Source: an uncultured bacterium (GTDB taxonomy: Bacteria; Abyssobacteria; SURF-5). From it: a stretch of 16,513 bases of DNA. Positions 7,759-14,372 of this stretch are shown here, in pieces. The notes beneath the pieces were generated by a model. The model searched no databases. It worked only from the letters and a program-made list of their open reading frames with translations, and was not told where the DNA came from. The DNA is taken from positions 1-16,513 of the forward strand of contig CAZEBC010000082.1 in NCBI GenBank assembly GCA_964510165.1. Reading direction: 5' to 3'. Positions within the stretch are counted from its first letter, which is position 1; each line of letters opens with the position of its first letter. The position numbers and the translations under genes are program-made.

Positions 7759-8715
7759 ATGACAGAAAAGGGCGGACAAGAACGAGAAACGGGCGGAACG
7801 CACAATCGCAAATTCGCGTCGGTCCTGGCGAAAATCCTGGACTCGGCTTCGGTCTCGTTTCCCGTTGAAGAAGACTACTCCGTCGGATTTACCGTGGCCC
7901 TTGTCGGCGAAATGGGAAGGGAGGAATTGCCCAAGCTCGCCGCTGAGTATCCCGTCATTGCCGAGATAGACCTGCATGGCGACTTGGGAGAAAAGGCGGC
8001 GGTGCTGCTTGATACTCCGACCGCCGTTACGCTGGCCAGTCTCCTGCGGACGGGCCAGCCGTCAGGCAGTAAGACCTTCACTCAGGAGGATGTCGCCCCG
8101 CTCCACGATGCGCTCGTTCCTCTCCTCGAGGCGTTTTCTTCCGCCTGCGAGGAGGCTGCGGGCAGACCATTTGGCTCGATACGGGAAATCAAGGCTTCCG
8201 ACCTCAGCATGCAGGAACGTCTCGCCGCAGAACTGCCCGAGAGGCTGTGTCGGGCCACCGTCTCACTCACCGTCGGCGTCGAAACAGGGGGCCGTCTCGC
8301 AATAGTGCTCCCCTCGATCCTGGCGGAGATGCTTTCGGAAACACAGGGGGCCGCCGCCTCTGCCGGCCCGCAGGTAACTCCGTACGAGCAGGTCGAATTG
8401 CAGGAAGGGATCACCGAAGTCTACTCCGAGCAACGGAAGGGACGGGAACCTTCGATGGAAAATATCGACCTTATCCTTGACATCCAGTTGGAACTGACGG
8501 CCAGACTGGGACAGGTGGAGATGCCTATCGGCGAGATCATGAAACTGGCCCCCGGCTCCGTCATCGACATCGACCGCTTCGTGGACGACCCGGTGGAATT
8601 GGTCGTTAACGACCGCCTCATTGCAAAAGGAGAGATCGTCGTTGTGCAGGAAAACTTCGGTATCAAGATCACCGAGATAGTCAGCCCGAGAGAACGCATC
8701 AAAAGCCTGAGGTGA
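7759..8715 (+). CDS. fliN: FliY-like switch protein: degenerate CheC-like N-domain plus C-terminal FliN (SpoA) domain
   Basis: C-terminal NIDLILDIQLELTARLG...GSVIDID...LIAKGEIVVVQENFGIKITEI is clear FliN. The N-terminal ~230 aa resemble FliY/CheC. ATG 7759 has a GAGG SD. Confidence 0.88.
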   Translation: MTEKGGQERETGGTHNRKFASVLAKILDSASVSFPVEEDYSVGFTVALVGEMGREELPKLAAEYPVIAEIDLHGDLGEKAAVLLDTPTAVTLASLLRTGQPSGSKTFTQEDVAPLHDALVPLLEAFSSACEEAAGRPFGSIREIKASDLSMQERLAAELPERLCRATVSLTVGVETGGRLAIVLPSILAEMLSETQGAAASAGPQVTPYEQVELQEGITEVYSEQRKGREPSMENIDLILDIQLELTARLGQVEMPIGEIMKLAPGSVIDIDRFVDDPVELVVNDRLIAKGEIVVVQENFGIKITEIVSPRERIKSLR

Positions 8716-8820
8716 GGAGCCGCGCCGAATGGCGAAACATTGAAGGATCGGATTTATTCAGCCAAAGGCCTTGGGCCGTCCTCACGTTACAGCGACGAAC
8801 TGTGAAAGCCTGACCCCGTA

Positions 8821-9624
8821 GTGAAATCGGAGACGCCTTTGAAACGCAATTCAGCCGCAGGCAGGGAAATCTCGCGGCTGTGGGCGGAATATAAGACGGA
8901 AGGAAGCGCGGCGGCCAAGGACGCACTCACCGTCCATTATCTGAGCCTTGTCAGGATCATCGCTGGACGAATGGCGCTCACCTCGCCGCCACACATAGAA
9001 GAAGATGACCTTATCGGCTGGGGCGTGCTCGGACTCATGGACGCGGTCGAGAAGTTCGATCCCCGGCAGAAAACCAGCTTCGAAACCTATGCCTTTACCA
9101 GAATACGGGGCGCCATAATTGACCAAATCCGATCGCTCGACTGGGCGCCGCGCTCGCTCAGGCAGAAGGCCCGCCGAATGACGCAGGCGGCCTCCGATCT
9201 CAAGGAGCGATTGGGCCGTCCGCCAACCGAAGGGGAACTTGCTGCGGAACTCAACATGACCAATGATGAACTGTTTCAGCTTCAAACCGATGTTCACGGC
9301 GCATACATCTTGTCGCTTGACGCGGCAATTTCCGCCAACGACGAGCCGGAAGAGACTGCACTGAGTCAAATCAGCGACAATAACCCCTCACCCGAGGAAC
9401 GGGCCGCGCGAAACGAAATCGAGGAGCGCCTGGCCCGCGCAATAGAGAAGCTGCCCCCGAATGAACGGCACGTGATCACGTTGTACTATTATGACGAACT
9501 CACGCTCAAGGAAATCGGAGAGGTGCTCGGTCTGTCCGAATCACGTATCTGCCAGGTTCACGGGGCCGTCATGAAGAAACTGAGGAACATTCTCAATTTC
9601 GGGGTGCACGATGCTCTTTCTTGA
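8821..9624 (+). CDS. fliA: RNA polymerase sigma factor FliA/SigD/WhiG (sigma28)
   Basis: DLIGWGVLGLMDAVEKFDP, FETYAFTRIRGAIIDQIRSLDWAPRS, LYYYDELTLKEIGEVLGLSESRICQVH. Start uncertain: GTG 8821 has no SD, TTG 8839 has a GGAG SD. Confidence 0.95.
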   Translation: MKSETPLKRNSAAGREISRLWAEYKTEGSAAAKDALTVHYLSLVRIIAGRMALTSPPHIEEDDLIGWGVLGLMDAVEKFDPRQKTSFETYAFTRIRGAIIDQIRSLDWAPRSLRQKARRMTQAASDLKERLGRPPTEGELAAELNMTNDELFQLQTDVHGAYILSLDAAISANDEPEETALSQISDNNPSPEERAARNEIEERLARAIEKLPPNERHVITLYYYDELTLKEIGEVLGLSESRICQVHGAVMKKLRNILNFGVHDALS

Positions 9625-10132
9625 AACTGTTCTCATAATCGGCGGAGTCGCTCTGCTCATAGCAGCCTTTGTATTGGGAAGGAAGCAAGGCGTCGGCCCG
9701 TATGTGGCAAGCCCGGCGATGCCCGGCCTGTCCGCTCCCAACGCGGTGAAGCTCTATTCGCAACTCACAGAATTGATCCACGAACTTCACACGATCAGTC
9801 GCGATGTCACCTTTGACCTCGAAGAAAAGCTCGCCCAGCTCAAGGAATTGCTTCAGATGGCCGATACAAAGCTTGAGGGCTTGACATCCGCCGATGCAGC
9901 CCAATCGGAAATGCAAACTCCGACCGAGCCGGAGGCTCTCGACGCGATGCCAGCCGAGGAATGGGACCCCGAGGCCGAGATCGGCCCACACGAGGTGTCC
10001 GCCCATCTGGACAGGTATCGCCGCATCTATGAACTGGCTGACCAGGGGCTTTCCCTCGACGAGATCGCCCGACAAGTCGAGATGGGCAAAGGCGAGATTC
10101 AACTCATCCTGAGCCTTCGAGACAAGGACTGA
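9611..10132 (+). CDS. single-pass membrane protein with coiled coil and C-terminal HTH-like motif (SwrB/DUF6115-like)
   Basis: N-terminal TM, heptad-rich middle, C-terminal IYELADQGLSLDEIARQVEMGKGEIQLILSL. Lies directly after sigma28, as swrB follows sigD in Bacillus subtilis. Confidence 0.75.
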   Translation: MLFLETVLIIGGVALLIAAFVLGRKQGVGPYVASPAMPGLSAPNAVKLYSQLTELIHELHTISRDVTFDLEEKLAQLKELLQMADTKLEGLTSADAAQSEMQTPTEPEALDAMPAEEWDPEAEIGPHEVSAHLDRYRRIYELADQGLSLDEIARQVEMGKGEIQLILSLRDKD

Positions 10133-10135
10133 CCG

Positions 10136-11668
10136 ATGTCCCTCCGGTTTTCCGTAAACCTGCCAATAGAATCCGTCTCCGAGTCGGGCCGGACCGGCGG
10201 AGACCTCAGACACGGCGAACTGGTCGCCGGTCGGGTTACCCGCGTTACCCCAGACGGCGAAGCGCTCATCCGGTTTCCGGATTTTCAAGCCCGAGCGCCA
10301 GCCGAGAGTCTCCTCAAGGTCGGCACCCGCGTGTACGCTTCCGTCCAGAAAACCCGCGACGAAACCGTGCTCTCACTACTGCCCGCCGCCGAAGAGGGAG
10401 ACATCCTGTCAGGGCGATTGGCAGACTCGAACGGCCCCGATGCCTTGGCCCGATTCGGCAGCCTGGAACTCAGAGTGCGAATACCCCCCGGCAGCTCACC
10501 GCTCTCTCCGGGCGCTCAGATGCGGGCGCAGCTTCAGATGACTGGCGGCAGTCCCTCGCTCAAGATGATGCCATCCGCCCAAGGCCTGATTTCCGGAACC
10601 GTCCTTGCCGTGCGAGAAGACGGGACCGCGCTTCTCGATGTCGGAAACATGGTCCTTCTCGCGAGGGCAGGAGGCGATGCCCAACCAGGGGACCTTGTGC
10701 AAGCCGCATTGCGGCAAATCGGTGACAAAACGCTGCTTTTGATTATCCAAAATCCTTCAGCGGAAGGAGGACATGGCGCGAGTCAGGCCGGGTTTGATGC
10801 GGCATATGCTCGAATCCTTGACAACGCCCAATACGGCCGGCTGCTCGCCGCTCTGTTGAGCGGCGCCATTGCGGTCGACGAGCCGGCCAGAGCTTTGCTT
10901 CATCTGTTGCAGGAACTGCTGGCTCGATCGGGCAGCGGCAAGCCCTCTTGGGCGAATGATCTCGCCGCCGCCCTCGAAACCATGTTCCTGAATCCCGACA
11001 AGGCAGACCTCGCCACGCAAGTGGCGTCGGCGGTAAGGGAATCCGGAGTCTTCTTTGAGGCATCTCTTCTCGAACGCGCGCTGTCCCGGGAAACCGATTC
11101 GCTTCTTCCAAGTGACCTCAAGATGGCGTTACTGGCCGCAAACCGGGAACTCTCGAAGCTGCTCAGCCCTGACCGAGGCGCTGACTTGTCCGCCAACCCG
11201 GGCGAAATCGCGAGCAGGATAGGTCAGCTCCTCGACCTTGTGACGGCGGAACAATTGCTTAACTCTCGGTTTCATACATCGGGTCAGCTCTATATCCAAC
11301 TCCCATTTGGCGAGTCCAGCGGAATGGAGCGCGTGGAAATTCGCATCTCCCGCCAGAGCGGCGGAGGCTCGCGGAAGATTGACCCCCGAAATGTGACCCT
11401 TGCGCTCGTTGTCGTTACCTCAAGGCTGGGCCGCATACGGGCTTCCCTTTCAATCGTGGACGGACAGGTGAGCTGCCAGTTCAGGGCATCGCGTGACTCG
11501 GTCACTGACTTGTTGAACCGTCATGCCGCCCTCTTAAGAGAGGGTCTCGAAAAGCTCAAGTACAGAGTGACTTACATAGGTTGCACTACCAGCAATGACG
11601 ACCGTGATTATTCGCTCGCGGACGCCTTGGGAACGGTCGTCGCGTCAGGTTTGGACGTGAGCGCATGA
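10136..11668 (+). CDS. protein with C-terminal FliK-like (hook-length control) domain
   Basis: C-terminal LYIQLP...LVVVTSRLGRIRASLSIVDGQVSCQF...LREGLEKLKY fits the FliK-C pattern; central SGVFFEASL. Coupled (ATGA) to an FlhB-C-only gene. Confidence 0.75.
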   Translation: MSLRFSVNLPIESVSESGRTGGDLRHGELVAGRVTRVTPDGEALIRFPDFQARAPAESLLKVGTRVYASVQKTRDETVLSLLPAAEEGDILSGRLADSNGPDALARFGSLELRVRIPPGSSPLSPGAQMRAQLQMTGGSPSLKMMPSAQGLISGTVLAVREDGTALLDVGNMVLLARAGGDAQPGDLVQAALRQIGDKTLLLIIQNPSAEGGHGASQAGFDAAYARILDNAQYGRLLAALLSGAIAVDEPARALLHLLQELLARSGSGKPSWANDLAAALETMFLNPDKADLATQVASAVRESGVFFEASLLERALSRETDSLLPSDLKMALLAANRELSKLLSPDRGADLSANPGEIASRIGQLLDLVTAEQLLNSRFHTSGQLYIQLPFGESSGMERVEIRISRQSGGGSRKIDPRNVTLALVVVTSRLGRIRASLSIVDGQVSCQFRASRDSVTDLLNRHAALLREGLEKLKYRVTYIGCTTSNDDRDYSLADALGTVVASGLDVSA

Positions 11669-11958
11669 ACGACAACACCAATGCTCCGAAAGAACCTCGA
11701 CACAAAGCCGTCGCCCTTCGCTACGACAGAGAGAAGGAGCGTGCGCCGAGAATAGTCGCAAAGGGAAGCGGCTACCTTGCCGAGCGGATTATCGAATTGG
11801 CAAAGGCCCATGGAATAACCATTTACGAAGATAAAGACCTCATCGAGCTTCTATCCCGACTCGAGCTGTACCAGGAAATCCCCACCGAACTCTACCAGGT
11901 CATTGCCGAAGTACTCGCCTTCGTGTACCGCCTTAACAAGAAAGCATTCGAGCTGTAG
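11665..11958 (+). CDS. stand-alone FlhB C-terminal domain protein (FlhX/YlqH-like, EscU/YscU family)
   Basis: KAVALRYD...APRIVAKGSGYLAERIIELAKAHGI...EIPTELYQVIAEVLAFVY aligns by eye to the post-NP part of FlhB in this window. Confidence 0.92.
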   Translation: MNDNTNAPKEPRHKAVALRYDREKERAPRIVAKGSGYLAERIIELAKAHGITIYEDKDLIELLSRLELYQEIPTELYQVIAEVLAFVYRLNKKAFEL

Positions 11959-11984
11959 ACAGCGCGGCATGGCAGGAACCGAAG

Positions 11985-12029
11985 CCCCTTACCCAGCCCT
12001 CTCCCGATGCGAGAGGGCTGGGGTGAGGG
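11985..12029. repeat. palindromic REP-like element, copy 2; possible end of the flagellar transcript
   Basis: CCCCTTACCCAGCCCTCTC-ccgatgc-GAGAGGGCTGGGGTGAGGG, same family as 6651-6696. Confidence 0.75.
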
Positions 12030-12075
12030 AAAACCCCAAAAAAGGAGTTGAGATGTCTCTTTTGAGGCGGATACG

Positions 12076-12093
12076 GCTGTACGACTGGACAGC
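12076..12093. promoter_or_regulatory. candidate upstream activator site for a sigma54 enhancer-binding protein
   Basis: Palindrome GCTGT-N8-ACAGC at about -126 to -109 from the predicted sigma54 TSS. Confidence 0.45.
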
Positions 12094-12135
12094 ACCAGGC
12101 TAAGAATCTTGGAGTGATGATTTTAAGTATATATA

Positions 12136-12148
12136 TACCAATATGTTA
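12136..12148 (+). promoter_or_regulatory. candidate IHF site
   Basis: TACCAATATGTTA has one mismatch to WATCAANNNNTTR and sits in an AT-rich tract between the palindrome and the -24/-12 element. Confidence 0.45.
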
Positions 12149-12174
12149 CAAAATATTAGACATTCACGTGGCTA

Positions 12175-12191
12175 CTGGCAAGCTTGTTGCT
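12175..12191 (+). promoter_or_regulatory. sigma54 (RpoN) -24/-12 promoter
   Basis: CTGGCAAGCTTGTTGCT has one mismatch to YTGGCACGNNNNTTGCW. Predicted TSS ~12202. Confidence 0.8.
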
Positions 12192-12363
12192 TATCTACAG
12201 GTTGCAGTTCGGAAGCAAGGAAGTCTGGAGGGTAAAGGGCATTACGCATGGCCGCAGCACAAGGCTGTGAGACTGAGATGAATAAAACGCGTGGCTCTCA
12301 TCGGATCGTTCAAACAAGCACACACGGCTTCCTATTCATGGTACTGAGGAGGAGAACGAGACA

Positions 12364-12657
12364 ATGTCAGCCACCACTCTGGGGATCATAATACTCTTGG
12401 CTGCGGTAGGCATATACCTCTATGTGATGGGGCTGTGCCACCTCTGCGACGTACATGAGCGAAAACAGGTCGAGAAGAAACAGGCAGAAGAGAAAAGGCG
12501 CAAAGAGGAGTTGCAGCGCGCCTATGAGGAGACGGAATTGAGGCGGAAACAGGAGGTCGAGCGTCGCAGACAGCTCGCCGAGGCGCGCCGCCAACAGACG
12601 GCAGGCCCAAAGAGGGCGAGGCTTGGCGCTCCAACGCACGCCGCCACTGCAAGATAG
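12364..12657 (+). CDS. hypothetical 97-aa membrane-anchored protein (TM, CHLC, E/K/R-rich helix)
   Basis: Strong SD GAGGAGGAG (12346-12354), hydrophobic N-terminal segment, charged helical region, upstream sigma54 promoter. Confidence 0.8.
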   Translation: MSATTLGIIILLAAVGIYLYVMGLCHLCDVHERKQVEKKQAEEKRRKEELQRAYEETELRRKQEVERRRQLAEARRQQTAGPKRARLGAPTHAATAR

Positions 12658-12664
12658 GGAGTGC

Positions 12665-12693
12665 TTGCATTCCGCGAGTCAAGATGGTATAAT
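12665..12693 (+). promoter_or_regulatory. sigma70-type promoter with no conventional downstream gene
   Basis: TTGCAT (12665-12670), 17-nt spacer ending in TG-n, TATAAT (12688-12693). Confidence 0.75.
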
Positions 12694-12699
12694 AAATTG

Positions 12700-12947
12700 G
12701 TTTAGCTAAGGTGTATTACCTTGACGACGAAATCGAAGAGGAAATCATAGCGGATATCGGGTTATGAAAAAACAATTTTTGCGGGCAACCTAAAAATGGT
12801 GTGGGTGGACGGTGGGCGCCGGTCAACGGGGACGGCTGGCGCCTTCGCCCGCAAAATTCGAAGTTTCGGGAAAGAGATTCCGTACCTCCTAAGATAAAAA
12901 CAACGGGAGTCCCGCGTGCCAGTCGGAATCCTTTCCCGAATTTTTTT
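12700..12947 (+). ncRNA. candidate structured non-coding RNA, family not recognised
   Basis: Follows the sigma70 promoter. Stems 12777-12786/12847-12856, 12815-12824/12834-12843 (2 G-U) and 12865-12882/12924-12940, then T7 (12941-12947). Confidence 0.5.
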
Positions 12948-12953
12948 GTCTAA

Positions 12954-12996
12954 AAATATTCGGGGACACCATAATTCATGGTGTCCCCGAATATTT
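12954..12996. repeat. perfect 19-bp inverted repeat (GGGGACACC/GGTGTCCCC REP-like); likely terminator between convergent units
   Basis: AAATATTCGGGGACACCAT-aattc-ATGGTGTCCCCGAATATTT, 15 nt past the stop of the minus-strand gene. Confidence 0.8.
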
Positions 12997-13011
12997 AGAC
13001 CTTTCGGCTGG

Positions 13012-13536
13012 CTATTCGCTCAGGTGCAAAGTGTCGCGGTAGCGCCTCGGCAGCGTCTGGTAAAACTGGGTAGCCAAGGTCCAAAGCCGTTCCTGCTCAT
13101 CGGTTACATCGCACGCGATCTTGCCCGGCACACCCATCACCAGCTTCCTCGGCGGAACCTGCATCCCCGGCTTCATCACGCAGCCGCTCCCGATGATGCA
13201 GCCGTCTCCCACCTCGCAGAAATCCTGGATGACCGCGTTCATCCCCACGAGCACGTGTTCATGTAGGATAACTCCATGCAGGACCGACCCATGCCCGATG
13301 TGGCTGTTCGGTCCGAGCTTCACCGTGAACTCCGGGCGCGCATGGATGATGCAGTTGTCCTGGACGTTCGAGCCGTCTCCGACTTCGATGTCGCACCAGT
13401 CGCCTCTCAGCCTGGCGCCGGGGCCGATCCAACAATTGCTCCCGATCTTCACTCCGCCGATGAGCGTGGCGTCCGGATGCACATACGAGCCCTCTCCCAC
13501 CTGCGGGACCTTCCCCTCAAACTCATAAATAGCCAT
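13012..13536 (-). CDS. gamma-carbonic anhydrase family protein (left-handed beta-helix, YrdA/PaaY-like)
   Basis: Hexapeptide repeats, LRGD, SNVQDNCIIH, IGHGSVLHG (three metal-ligand His), VMGVPGK. Confidence 0.92.
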   Translation of the reverse strand: MAIYEFEGKVPQVGEGSYVHPDATLIGGVKIGSNCWIGPGARLRGDWCDIEVGDGSNVQDNCIIHARPEFTVKLGPNSHIGHGSVLHGVILHEHVLVGMNAVIQDFCEVGDGCIIGSGCVMKPGMQVPPRKLVMGVPGKIACDVTDEQERLWTLATQFYQTLPRRYRDTLHLSE

Positions 13537-13578
13537 AACCCTGAACCCGAAACCCTGAACTCCAAACGCTAAACCAGT
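13537..13578. repeat. heptamer tandem repeat (AACCCTG-type)
   Basis: AACCCTG AACCCGA AACCCTG AACTCCA AACGCTA AACCAGT. Confidence 0.7.
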
Positions 13579-14276
13579 CTGTATTCCTGCCCGGGGGTGA
13601 GCGTGACGATCTTCACGGCAGGCGCCTTTTCCTTTGCCAGTTTCTCGAAAGTGCCCGCATCGGGCTCAAGGATCGGGAAGGACTGATAGTGCATCGGGAT
13701 GCACGCCTTGGGCTTGAGCAGCGTGAGCGCGTGCGCGGCCTGCAGCGGGTCCATCGTGAAACAACTGCCGACCGGAAGCAGCGCCAGGTCAAGCTTGTAG
13801 AGTTCGCCGAGCGTGGCCATTGTGGCGAAGATGCCGGTGTCACCCGCATGATAGATTGCCTTGCCGTTCTCGAGCCTCACGATCACGCCGCACGGATGGC
13901 CGCTTGCCGACGAGTGAAAGGCCTGGGTCAGCGTCACCTTGATGCCGTCTATGTCGGCGGTCCCGCCGATGTTCATCCCGTAGCCGCCATTGACCACTTG
14001 CTCCTGGGGAACTCCGAAATCGCTTTGCAGCTTCGCCATGGTCTCGACGATGCCCACACACGTCGCTTTGGTTTTCAGCGCTATCTCGACCGCCTGCCCC
14101 ATATGGTCAAAATGATCGTGGGTGACGAGGATGAGGTCGGCCTTGGCGACGTCGGAGAGCGGGGTGGCGCATGAGGGATTCCCCTCGAACCATGGATCGA
14201 TAAGGATGGTTTTTCCGCGTGGACTCGTTATCTCGAAATTCGCGTGTCCGTGCCATTTCACAATCGCATCGCTCAT
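13569..14276 (-). CDS. metallo-beta-lactamase-fold metal-dependent hydrolase (UPF0173/YtkL-like)
   Basis: WHGHA, ILIDPW, THDHFDH, AFHSS, YHAGDT, IPMHY. ATG 14276 has a GGAGGTG SD; the track's 14456 start is too long. Confidence 0.93.
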   Translation of the reverse strand: MSDAIVKWHGHANFEITSPRGKTILIDPWFEGNPSCATPLSDVAKADLILVTHDHFDHMGQAVEIALKTKATCVGIVETMAKLQSDFGVPQEQVVNGGYGMNIGGTADIDGIKVTLTQAFHSSASGHPCGVIVRLENGKAIYHAGDTGIFATMATLGELYKLDLALLPVGSCFTMDPLQAAHALTLLKPKACIPMHYQSFPILEPDAGTFEKLAKEKAPAVKIVTLTPGQEYRLV

Positions 14277-14372
14277 AATGCACCTCCATCGTTTTCGCGG
14301 GGGCCGCATGTTGGAGCCACAGCCCCGATAGTACGCACCGTGCCGGGAAATCCAGCGTGGAAAGCAAGCGCA

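Noticed and set aside
8729-8743. Mini-ORF MAKH after GAGGAG in the fliN-fliA gap
   Set aside because: Four codons, indistinguishable from chance.
12248-12391. 47-aa ORF in the sigma54 leader overlapping the 97-aa gene start
   Set aside because: No clear SD and no protein-like features.
12770-13000. CRISPR array or retron msr-msd interpretation of the hairpins
   Set aside because: No identical direct repeats with spacers, and no cas or reverse transcriptase gene in the window.
12916-13266. 116-aa + strand ORF as the target of the orphan promoter
   Set aside because: It runs through the palindrome and antisense to the gamma-CA gene, with no recognisable features.
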